DNA from: Saprolegnia diclina VS20
Lineage: Eukaryota
Reading direction: 5' to 3'
NCBI RefSeq assembly: GCF_000281045.1
Contig: NW_008246113.1
Span: 253,720-317,719 of the forward strand
Length of the DNA stretch: 64,000 bases
The notes under the pieces were generated by a model, which had not been told where the DNA came from, made no database searches, and saw only the letters and a list, made by a program, of their open reading frames with translations. How positions within the stretch are numbered: the stretch's first letter is position 1; each line of letters opens with the position of its first letter. The translations under genes and the position numbers were made by a program. Below, piece by piece: positions 13,280 through 24,128 of this stretch.

Positions 13280-13305
13280 CGCAAAGTGAAAGTGAAAATG
13301 AAATT
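13280..13305 (-). promoter_or_regulatory. Oomycete INR/FPR-like core promoter
   Basis: Gene strand reads TTTCATTTTCACTTTCACTTTGCG just upstream of the ATG. A similar TTCATTTTCATTTTCATTTTTG lies at ~15130-15152. Confidence 0.55.
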
Positions 13306-14530
13306 TATAGTTCGAATCTTGCGTGCAGTGCTGACGGTCACCGAACAGGATGTGCGGTTGCTGCCCTTGGTTGACGTGGTACGAGCTGCGATTGGAGCCA
13401 GCTACAGCGAAGCCAGGTGTAAATGAAGATGAATGCGGGGTCTCGACGTCGACTGGCCATGGCAAAAGATTCCTCCATGTTACGAGTCCCACTGTCGATT
13501 CCCGAAATTGGAATCTCATGAATCTATTTTTCCAGTTGCAATGGCAACCACTGGACTGAGGTGCGAAACAAATACTTGCTGTCGGAATGACTTTCTGGTC
13601 TGAGAGCATATTCGCCGGCTGCCATCAAGGTTGGTGCTCGGTCGTGGACATGCCACACACCGTATCGTCCTAGGGTGATGCATCGAGGTCCTACGCGGGC
13701 CTTCACGACAGCGCCGTCATGGATCCGCCAAGAGCTATCGAGTGGCTACTCATGTCAAGGATGGCCGATGTGTGTGCTTTCGAAAGTAGCTACGCGTGGC
13801 ACCGCAAATGCCTATCGCACCGTGCGTCCAGCAACTTTGATGGTCGCGCCTCTGCGGAAGGGGAGGCGTAGCACTTGGACGCTCGCCAGCCAGTAACTCC
13901 AAGCGCTCTGGAGTTTGGTCGTGGTGTGGCGACTGGTATAGGGGTAGGGCCCGATGCCAGGAGCGCGCAGCCGATGGCACTCAAGTACGTGAGCGCCATG
14001 GACGTACACGTTCTGCACGAGACAAGAGAACTCACTTCATCAGTGATAACATCGCTAGTGTCGTTTTGCGAACGCTCGCTGTCCAAGAATATGCTCGATC
14101 GATCATCGGAGCTTGGCGAAATTCAAGTGCCTATCCGACGGCGGATACCCTATCCTTCAACGAGTTGAATAGTCCAGCACATATCACTGAACGCCCTCTG
14201 TGTTAGCTTGCCGTGACGTCACTCGTACCTTCTGCGCGTCGACTCTGCCCAAGCACCACGAGATTCGAGCGTCGCTTTGCGCTCGACGACGGGTCCTAGG
14301 AACAGAGGAGCATCGGGCCCGGACAAGCGTGTAGGAGCTTTTTCTGCAGCCAAGGCGACGGCGAAGACGCACGTTCAATGACCTCGAACAGCCGTACAAC
14401 TAGCAGTAGTTGCATCCATACTAGATTCGAATCTTCACCTACCACTACGTGAATGCGTCTTTTGTTTGGATGCCAGCTCCGCATTGTCGCTGTGCCATCC
14501 AGCACCAAGTTATAAAGGAAGTTACGACAA

Positions 14531-15121
14531 CTATAAACCTGCCGTCATGGCGCTACAGAGTCCGTCCCGACTCCACGGCTCCGCGTCGTACGGCAGCACT
14601 TGGATTGGCTCGACATTTAGTGGTACGCGCGGCATGGCGATCTCGTCCGCGACGCGACTGCGTTTCTTGGTCTTTGCGATCGGAAGGTCGTCCTTGAGAA
14701 GAAGCCGGCTCAAATCCATCCACGTTGAGCTTGATATCGCGTCGCCTTGGGTGCTCGCATGGGCTTGCGTCTTGGTGTGGCGCGCCAGGTTCCCCGACGT
14801 CGAGAACGACTGACCGCACACGTGGCAGGCGTAAGGTCGCAGCCCAACGTGCGTCGGGAGGTGGCGCACGAGCTTCTCGCGCGAGCAAAACCGCTTGGCG
14901 CACGTGTTCCAGGCGCACGCGAACGGCTTGTCGACGCGGTGCGTGTGCGAATGCCGAATCAGGTTCCCAGATGTGGTAAAGCGCTTGCCGCAGTTGGGCT
15001 CGACGCAGGCAAATGGCCGCAGCCCCGTATGTGTTTTTTGGTGCTCGTGCAAGGTAAATCGGCGCTTGAAGCGCTTCTTGCAGCCGTCGACGGGGCACTG
15101 GAACGGTCGGTCAAGCTCCAT
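14531..15121 (-). CDS. C2H2 zinc-finger transcription factor (4 fingers)
   Basis: Starts MELDRPFQCPVDGC; closest paralogue of 12681..13274. True start is probably 15121 rather than the ORF-track 15331. Confidence 0.9.
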   Translation of the reverse strand: MELDRPFQCPVDGCKKRFKRRFTLHEHQKTHTGLRPFACVEPNCGKRFTTSGNLIRHSHTHRVDKPFACAWNTCAKRFCSREKLVRHLPTHVGLRPYACHVCGQSFSTSGNLARHTKTQAHASTQGDAISSSTWMDLSRLLLKDDLPIAKTKKRSRVADEIAMPRVPLNVEPIQVLPYDAEPWSRDGLCSAMTAGL

Positions 15122-15736
15122 GGCGCAGCAAAAATGAAAATGAAAATGAAAAGGACAGGCCGCGTAAGGACGAGGTCTTCGACGGCGCCCCCGCCGGAGC
15201 ACATCATTTGCGGTCAAAAGGATGTGCGGTGCTACGACGCGATGGTGCACGCGGACACGGCAGTTGCCCTTCGAGCCAGCGTCGGTGACGAAGCATACAA
15301 ACATCAAGACGTTTCCAGACGTTGAAGACAACTGCTAGGGGTCTGCGACAGTGTCCCTGGATCGTCCATGGCGTGTCAAGGCCGTCGCCAACGCAACTCG
15401 CTATTTGATACAAACACAAAGAGAATTTGCTTGGTTGAAGACGAGGGCTGATTGATGGTTGTCTGTCATAAGGCAGGACTCGTGCCTTGACGGCAGTTGC
15501 CATTGCGTTCCGAGCGGGGAGGACACAACCCCGTACCACGCAAAGTTGTCGGACACGCTGCGTTCGAGACAACGCACCCACGTCCATGATGCGCTTCGAG
15601 ATGGATGCGGCGAGAGGCACCGCTTGCTGTTACTAGTCTGGGGTTGGCACGACTATACTGCTACATGTTAATAATTAATCGCATCAAACGATGCTGCTAA
15701 TAACTCTATCTCGGTGGTCCATAGTTCATGTGCCTG

Positions 15737-16444
15737 CTAAATGCCGTAGAGATAATCTTGCGCGTAGTAAGGGGTCGGGAGCGACTCGGTGTAAAAACTC
15801 AGTGCGTGGGCAGCGTACTGCGGCCACACCATGGCCGGCACCGGCATCGCGTTTACGGGCTCAAAGGTCGTCGGCATCGGCCACTCGTACAGCTCAGACT
15901 CGGAGAGCGCCATGGCAATCTCGGCCGTCGAGTGCGGAAGCGGCGGCTTAGCCGCAAGGGGCACGGCCAGCTCCTCAGCGACGCGGCGCTTCTTGGTCGG
16001 CACGAGGAGCGCGGGCAACTCCCACAGCAGTGCCTCGTGGTGGCAGTCGCCAGAGCCCAGTTCCGGGTGCGATTTCGAGTGGCGGGCGAGGGTGCCGGAC
16101 GTCGTGAACGCCTTGTTGCAGACGCTGCACTCGAACGGCCGGAGTCCGACGTGCGTCTTGAGGTGGCGCACGAGCTTCTCGCGCGTGCAAAATCGCTTGG
16201 CGCACTCTTCCCAGCCGCAGCCGAACGGCTTCTCGGCGTTGTGCGTCAACGTGTGGCGCGTGAGGTTTCCGGAGGTGCTAAAGTGGCGGCCGCAGCCGTC
16301 AATAGCGCAGACGTACGGGCGAACACCGCTGTGCGTCTTCTCGTGCTCCTGGAGCGTAAACTTGCGCTTGAAGCGCTTGTTGCAGCCGTCGATCAGGCAG
16401 ACGAAGCGGCGGTCTTCGGGCGACGACGGCGGTGAGAGCGACAT
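15737..16444 (-). CDS. C2H2 zinc-finger transcription factor (4 fingers)
   Basis: Four fingers with HSGVRPY, HNAEKPF and HVGLRPF linkers; acidic/Pro-rich tail. Confidence 0.9.
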   Translation of the reverse strand: MSLSPPSSPEDRRFVCLIDGCNKRFKRKFTLQEHEKTHSGVRPYVCAIDGCGRHFSTSGNLTRHTLTHNAEKPFGCGWEECAKRFCTREKLVRHLKTHVGLRPFECSVCNKAFTTSGTLARHSKSHPELGSGDCHHEALLWELPALLVPTKKRRVAEELAVPLAAKPPLPHSTAEIAMALSESELYEWPMPTTFEPVNAMPVPAMVWPQYAAHALSFYTESLPTPYYAQDYLYGI

Positions 16445-19037
16445 GGTGAGTCTCAGCGGTCAAAAGGAAAAGTGAACTGTGAATTCCAACGCAGTACCGA
16501 AGTTGGAGGTCAGTACGCTTTCTGAAGTTTGCAATGGATGCCACATCGGCGAGGCGACCCGTGACGGGCCACATCCACGCGCCATCGCATCTCATTGGCT
16601 GCGCGGGGTCGACATCTGCAGCGACACCGTCTGGACGAGTCAAGACGGATCGAACTCGGCGGGCGCGTGCCTTCTGACACGAAACGGAGTGGGCTCGAGC
16701 ACCCGAGCGCGTCAGCGAAATGAGATGAAAGGACGCTACCACGAGCAATCGAACGATGGCAGTCGGGGAGAGCGCGGGTGATGGGATCGCCGGCTCTGCT
16801 GCACCGTGGGCGCAGAGATATTCGGGCCACACCACCTTGTGCGCAAGATGTGGCAGCGTTGCCTTGCACGCTGTGTCCAGAAGCCTGACCCATTGTGCCA
16901 GTGCCAGCCCACTCTCGAGGCAACTGCTGTCATGGCCACAGTGGCTAAAACCAACAGATGGTGCTTGCTTGCACCATGTAGTTTTGGGCTGGTCGTGGAC
17001 GGCCGGCGCGATGCTACACGAGGAACGCGTGATCTTTTGCCGTGTCGCACCCGTGCGAGATTTGCTCTTGTCAAATGTATCCTGCGCACGCCGGGACGTC
17101 GCGAAGACTCGGCGATATTGGTGGTTGCTTGCACACGGCGTCGTCGAGTCGGCACCACGCGAAGTAGCCACAACATAGGTGGACTTCCACGTCGACAGGC
17201 GCACGGGAGCACGCTCTAGGACTACGGAGCGCTGTATACATACATTCAAAGCCAAACGCTGACGCTGCTCGAGACGCCGCGTCAACACCATCGAGGTTCG
17301 CTATTGCCACATGATTTGCTGTCTATGATGTGCACGCTAAATGAAGTCGACTATGATGTCGAGAAGCACAGGTTTTCATCTGGCCAAAGGCGCTGGCCCT
17401 TGCGTTGGGATCCTGGGATGTGGCGCGAACGATCCACGTCCAGCGGTGTCGACACTGCCACGTGGTGCGCATCTCGTCCTGAAGTCTGCAAGCGCAGTCC
17501 CAACAACAACAGTTGGCGCGGCCCACCGATGCGATTTTTACATGCAATACGTTGCCATAGCTGCTGTTCGAGCTTATACTTTTTTGATCAGGAGCGGTTC
17601 ACGCGCAGGCGGCGGACCACGCAAGGTGATGGGCGAAAGGAGGGTGGACGCTCTCAACGTTCGAATGCTTCACAAATATTGGTTGTTGCACGGGACATGC
17701 CTCTTCCAACTTGAACTCAAGCGCGGTTCAACGCCCTGAGGGTGGTGTAGCGTCCGACAGATCATTTTTAGATGATATACACTAGGAAATTGTAACGGAT
17801 ATAAGATCTGGAGCGGCAGCCGCCAATGTGGCGGATCTGTGTCCAGAGCGCTGGTCACACGCGTACGTTGTTGAGCAAAACCATAAAATACGCAGGAGGG
17901 AGCGACGCGCTCTCCTCCAAGCGACTGCACACGCCAGGCGCCTTTTTGCTGAAGTGCAACCAACGACTCCACAGTTAGCGCGTACCAAATAAGATCCATA
18001 TCAGATACACCATATGTTGGCACACACATGGTAATTTGACGCGATGCGCTTTGTCGCATCCGCGGAAGATTCGATGTATTTTGCAAGTCTTGAGCTTCAA
18101 TCGGTCAGCGATTGGTCCAGCCAAAGACATGGTGTAACTCGAGGTATGGTGGACAGCGGCTACCGCAACTGTGCCTGCCTTTTCGACGATTCTGTACGAC
18201 GCTGGTATGAACCCTTTGTGAAAGCGCGTCCATGTCGGCGCTTGCTGGCGACACCGCTGCGAGTCAACTCGGCAGTTTGTAATTTCACAGCGCGCGACAG
18301 TTGCTCCCTTTCCTGGGGCACACATCCAATGTGTTGATATTTCGAACCATGATGTCTCTACGGGTGACTTGACGACGGCAAGAGCTGCCGCTGTGGATCC
18401 GACCAAGACGCGACACGCCATGTTGAACGTCATCCACGGGTGCAGGGGCAACTGCTGGATAATCTGATGTCTCCAAATTTCATCATTCAGGCCAATGTTA
18501 TTATAGAGATGAAAGCTCTTACCAGGGTGTTTATCTTACACGATATAAGAAACGCGTGTCAACACCCGCCCACACGATGCGAGAAGTAGAGAGATGAGCG
18601 AAATGGTCAGGACCAGAGAAAAATACTAAAAAATACACCTGAGCGCCATTCACGGGCGTGACCACCGGACGTCGTCGTTCCCCCTTGGGATCACGCGCCT
18701 GTCTTGTTATTGGTACAGTAAATGGATGGTCGACGGCGGGCAATCGAATCGAACACGGTAGAAGCGTTGCCCAAGACGACCGAGTGGGACTTCGTCGCTT
18801 TTGAGGATTGGCAGTGGGATGTCTTGTGCTGCTCCAGTGCCACACTGGCGCCATCCTGGACGTGCGCACTGGATCTTGCAGATCTTTCACAATCCGAATC
18901 TGGTTCTTTGCCACTGCTCTCTCAAGAAATGTACCAACTAGAACGAGTTATTGTTGCGAAATTCTTGTAGTTGTCGTGGGAAGGGAGGGTTTTAAGTTAA
19001 CATATTATACTAGTACGACGACAGCACGCTTGTTGGT

Positions 19038-19802
19038 CTATAAGCCCCCGTAGACGCCTTGGACGGGCCACGGGCTCGGGCTCGGCACGGGCGGGTACGC
19101 ACTCGTGCTCCACATGGCCGGGGGGTGGGCCTGCAAAATGTTCGGCGACGGGGCTTCGCTGCCACTGCTCGCACCCGACGGCAAGCAGAGCCGCTCGAGG
19201 TCCTGCTCGAGCCACATGGCCTCAATGTCGGCGTCGTCGGAGGGCGACGCGTACTCGGGGCTGTCGAGCGGGGTCGGGTCGGTCGACTCGTCGAGCAGCA
19301 GCGAAATGCCCAGCGGCGCTTGGCACGCCATCGGCGTCGCGAGCTCGTCGGCGACGCGGCGCTTCTTCATGATCTTGAGCGTCCGGGCGACGCCAGTCGT
19401 GCCGCGCTGCGACGCTGGAAGGTGCGATTTCGCGTGGCGGGCGAGGTTGCCGGACGTCGTGAACGACTTGGCGCAGGTCGGGCACGTGTACGGCCGCAGT
19501 CCGACGTGCGTCTTGAGGTGGCGCACGAGCTTCTCGCGCGTGCAAAACCGCTTGGCGCACTTCTCCCAAGCGCACGCATACGGCTTCTCGCCCGTGTGAG
19601 TAAACGTGTGGCGAGAGAGGTTCCCGGAGGTGCTAAAGTGGCGGTCGCAGCCGGGCACCGGGCAAACGTACGGGCGGATGCCGCTGTGCGTCTTCTCGTG
19701 CTCCTGGAGCGTAAACTTGCGCTTGAAGCGCTTGTTGCAGCCGTCGATCGGGCACACGAAGCGGCGGTCGTCGTCCTCGGGAAGCAACGCGTCGGTCGAC
19801 AT
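19038..19802 (-). CDS. C2H2 zinc-finger transcription factor (4 fingers)
   Basis: Four fingers including a canonical HTGEKPY linker; acidic/Pro-rich tail. Confidence 0.9.
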   Translation of the reverse strand: MSTDALLPEDDDRRFVCPIDGCNKRFKRKFTLQEHEKTHSGIRPYVCPVPGCDRHFSTSGNLSRHTFTHTGEKPYACAWEKCAKRFCTREKLVRHLKTHVGLRPYTCPTCAKSFTTSGNLARHAKSHLPASQRGTTGVARTLKIMKKRRVADELATPMACQAPLGISLLLDESTDPTPLDSPEYASPSDDADIEAMWLEQDLERLCLPSGASSGSEAPSPNILQAHPPAMWSTSAYPPVPSPSPWPVQGVYGGL

Positions 19803-21439
19803 GGAATCTCTGATGCAAATAGGAAAGTGAGACCCACTGTGGCATGTTCCGCCGTCGCGCTATGCGACGTTTCCACCTCAAGTGCCGGCTGTCCTGTCCG
19901 AATACCGTAGGAGGCCGATTCCTGAAGTTTGTGAGCCAGTGCAAGGATCGTCGCCGCAGTCAGTAGCAAATCGGAGGCGCCACGCCATACAAACACCAAG
20001 GTGCACGGCGCGTCTCGAGTTTGGTCGGCGCGTCGTGACGACCAATGCTGCATGCCACACCCACATCTTGTCTTTGGCCAACGACTGTCCCACGCTGCGC
20101 AGCCGGGAGGAATTCACGTCAAACTGTGCTTTGCACGTGGGATCACGACGTTGCCCTTGTGCGATTCCCTTATTCAGTACGTGCCCTTGTGTGCCGTGTT
20201 GCGAGACGACAGATGCGAGCGAGCAAGACTCTCGAGTTGGATTGTCTGGTCGAGCAAGGATGAATGCAAGTATGAAGCAGCCACACGCTGCACGAAACGT
20301 CATGGCCATGGGTGCTTGGATGAGGCTGGATATGCGAGGCGGCAATTTGACCTAGTCGTTTCGCATGGTAGAAGCTTGGCCACGCCAGTGCTGTTATTCT
20401 TATTTGCAGTGTGTTCTTATATGTTTATCTTGGTTGCGAGTGGCCGTCGACTGTATCGCGAAACAAACAATACTCGTTCCCGACACATACAATGAACAGC
20501 GTCGGCGGAGGTTGTCTCGAGCGCCGGTACGGATTAAGCGAATTTGGGGCTTCACCCATAACGCTGTCACCTAGGTGCTGCAATCACGGAATTGCCCTGC
20601 GTCACACAAGCACTGCGCGGTGATTGGTGCGGGTGGCTTTGATTCGCGCCGTTGATTGGTCGCATCCGACGGCCTTTCTAGCGCGAACACTTTCGATTGG
20701 GCGATTTCGCTTTGCAAAGCGGTGTTGAAGTTGACCGCGCGCTGCGACATGCCGTATTGGATGGCAAGGCAAAGCGCGCTCATTGACATGGAGGAATCAA
20801 GCGCCGCATCGACGCGTCGCGCTGCTTGGAGCTGGGACATCGCGCCTATTCCTTTGGCGTTGCACAACGCAGAGCCGGTGGCGGTAGGCGGCTGCGAAGA
20901 AAGAGTGCCGCATCATCGGTCGCCAGCCGTCCCACGCAGGGAATACCACCGTGTAACGTGATGGACAAGTACCCACGTTGGAGACGCCGCGGGCGGATGC
21001 GTGCACTGCAATCGTAAGATCCTGCGCCTGTATGCAAGTCGCCAGCGAGGACGCCAGAACACGCAAGGATAAAGGAACCCACGCCATGAGCCTTCGCCCG
21101 ACGCTTCAACAAACGCGTTGCACAGGCTCGGCAATGCAAAGCATGCGACACGAACGAGCATATCGCACGCGTCAAGTGGCGTCCTTGACAAGAGCGTGCC
21201 AGCACACCAAGACGGCGTATGATTGGCCCAATGATAGCCAATGAGATGCGGCTGAGCCACGCTCCCGCCGTCGTGACCGCTCGTTTCTGGTGGTATGTTG
21301 AGGCATCCAGGGAAACTCCGCGTGCATTGGCTGCAGGCAGCCATCCTCCCGCCGGAGAAGGGTATCGATCGGAACAGTCCGACATCAACAGAGACAGGGG
21401 CACGGCGCTGCCTCTGCGATATCAGGTGGCTGACTCAGA

Positions 21440-21890
21440 CCACCGTCGCTTCCGGCAAGAGCAAGAGCCATCGTCCTTGCGCCGCGCTTGGCGGCTATAA
21501 GATGGTAGTAGTCTAGAGTAGGATCCCTTGCACGCCTCAACGAATCATGGCAACCACGCCACAGGGGCTTTCCCATCAGATCCGGAATAAAACGCATATG
21601 TTGCGTTTATTGATGTTTAAACGTGGTGACCACCCTCGGTGGCTTCCTCGGCCTCTGACGAGGACGTGCTTCCATGACGTTGAAGATAAGGGCGGGAAAT
21701 GCATCCAAAGCAATGTCCTTTGGTGCCTCCTACCTTCTCGTTCTGCCGACAGGCGCCGGGCCGTAACGGTGTTCACCTTCAGTGAGCCCAGGTCATGTTG
21801 CAGTGCCGACACCTTGTGCCATCGAGGGCCCGTCGTCGACACGGAATCTATGATAGAGCAACTTGCTCATTTGTCGCGTAGGTGCGCTCG
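21440..21890 (+). mobile_element. Possible decayed non-LTR (LINE) reverse-transcriptase remnant
   Basis: Broken frames give, in order, HRPCAALGGYKMV (cf. YRPIsLl..dYKil), RL/QRIM..PQG, AYVAFIDV, DHPRWL..L..F and MIEQLA. The order fits LINE RT motifs, with many stops and shifts. Confidence 0.35.
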
Positions 21891-22211
21891 TTACTAGCAG
21901 CGGAAGTAGGGTGCAGGCCGTCGTCACCAGGCGACGTCGCTGCCCGGAACGGACTCTCCTCCGCGCGATGGCATTACGTTCGCCGTCCGATCGAGGCTCC
22001 TATGATAGAAGCTCCGGATGTCTCTTTTCTCTCGATGCCGCAGCGTCCCTTGAACTTGAAGGCGCTTGAAGCGAGCTTGCACTGCGTCGCTCCACCTCCT
22101 CCGGCCCGGCATGCGTTAAACCCATAGTTTGACGTGGGTTTAAACATCGAATCTGGTCGCTTGCACATCAAACTCGCGGTTGAAGTTGGCACTTTTCGAT
22201 TTTTCGAGCGC

Positions 22212-23249
22212 ATGTCGGAGCGATCGTCGATGCTGCCGGGGGCCGCCGCGCCCCGTCGCCACGGGTTCCTCGCGGGTTTGCTGGTGGGCGCCGTCGGTGT
22301 CTTCTGCGTCGGCCTCGTCCTCTCCCAGGCACCCCGCGTCAACATGGAGGGGATGGCGACAACGCTCGCGAGCTCGCCGTCGCTCTCGACGCTCGCTGGC
22401 GTCTCGGCCGCCGACCTCGCACTCATTAACGCTCCGCTGGACATCGCGAGCAACCTGACTGAGGACGCGTGGATCAGGTACCATTTCTTATTCTGAGGCC
22501 GCGCCATGGACCAAGATCTAGCGCGCGCATTGCCCGCTGGATCGTGCATGCCAACGACTGGGCCACGATCGCCACGACAAGCGTGCACCTCGACGGCGCG
22601 CCGTTCGCCAGTATGATCTCGTACAGCGGTGCGCCTTTCACGTAATTTGCAGACGTTGATCGGTCGATGGTATTCTAGATGGCATCGGTGCGTCGCCCCG
22701 CAACGCGACGGGTCGTCTCTACTTTTACTCGAGCATCATGGGCTCGACCGGTGCGCTTTGCGTGTTTAATGGGTTTTTGTAGTATTTATTTGGGGTGGTG
22801 TAGGCAAGGACTTGGCCGCCAACCCGCGTGCGTCCGTCTCGATCACGATGGCGCAACTCGGTCATTGCACGTACGATCCCCAGGTATATCGATGGACAAC
22901 ACAAGGGCCTTGCCAAGGGAGACCGTAGGACCCGACGTGCTGGCGTGTGATTTTTTCGGGGACCCTAACCCCCGCGGTCGCGGTGGACGATGCGCTCTCG
23001 GCGCTATTCTCCAAGTACGCGCCGCCGTGTCATGATGAGGGACTCACTTACCTGCGCTAGGCACCCGCAGATGAGCTACTGGCCACGCGGCCACGATTTC
23101 ACAGCGTACGTAGCACTCTATGTCGTCAAAAAAAGTCTAAAAACTGCCACTCTAGCTACGAGATGCACCCGACTGAGATTTTGCTCTTGGACTTCTACGG
23201 TGGTGCCAAGCACATCGAGCCCGCCAATTACTACAGCGTGCACTTCTAA
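22212..23249 (+). CDS. CREG: CREG-like FMN-binding split-barrel protein, ~6 exons
   Basis: Spliced: ARIARWIVHANDWATIATTS..GAPFASMISYSD..ATGRLYFY..DLAANPRASVSIT..DPTCWRVIFSGTL..HPQMSYWP..HDF..ILLLDFYGGAKHIEPANYY; N-terminal TM segment. Confidence 0.85.
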
Positions 23250-23338
23250 GCCTTCCCTCTAACAAGGGTTCGATTCTGGAGCTATAAAATATTGTCCTCG
23301 TACACCCCACCAGTGGCCCCCGCGTCAGTGGTGGTACT

Positions 23339-23815
23339 GTGCATGCAACGAGCCGACCAGCGCGATCGTGTCCATGCGTCCAAGCTATAGGCGCTCGGCA
23401 CTCTGGGCGTGATAAGCTTGAGTCTCTCTCCGCGCGGTCTGGCGCGCTTTTGACCAGATGCGCGAAATCTTGCAGCTGCAACTTCTGCCGTCGGTCGGTG
23501 GATTCGTCTACGATCCCGTCGCTCTCAGCCCACAAGTCGACCATCCGTACCCTCTGGCCGATCTTGCGCGCTTGCGTTTGGTACCGTCTTTGGCTCGAAC
23601 GCAACAACCGCGTGTTTCGCACGACATTGACGCCCCTTCCCGCTGCTGCGCTCGCGATCAAAGCCGCTACTATCACGCGATTGCATATCCGGCACTTGGC
23701 TCGCCGCGCCGTGGTGCCTTCGCTTGCCGAGTCGCTCCATGCCCTACACCCTTGGTGTACTCGCTACCTCATTCTCCACTCAATCCCGAGCCCCGACCAC
23801 GCGCCCTCAGCTTGA
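23339..23815 (+). mobile_element. 3' fragment of a non-LTR (L1-like) retrotransposon ORF2
   Basis: TLWPILRACVWYRLWLERNNRVF matches the W..W..RN..vF motif typical of LINE ORF2 C-termini; no intact upstream RT. Confidence 0.55.
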
Positions 23816-24128
23816 CGTACCGGCCAAACCTCACGAGCGCACTGGGAAGTCCACCAACTTGACTATATAATTGCATGTTTATAACTCATTTCAACAACAA
23901 TAAGCTCGAGTCTCTGTCCTTGCAGGTGGTGGGCAAATGTGTGCAGCGGCTGAGTGCTCTCAGCGTATGAATCGGATAAGAACTCGGTGGGCAGCTGGAC
24001 CAAAACGTAATGGTTCAGCTTAATGGTGCCAGTAGAGTTCAAGGCGCTGCAATCTCGTGCTGCCAGACATGTCTGACCACTGTTGCTGCTCCTCATCGTA
24101 CGTGCGAGTTACCAGTTTGCAGTTTGCC

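Noticed and set aside
23260..23285. GGTTCGATTC B-box/T-loop-like string
   Set aside because: No A-box or cloverleaf stems could be built around it; not a tRNA.
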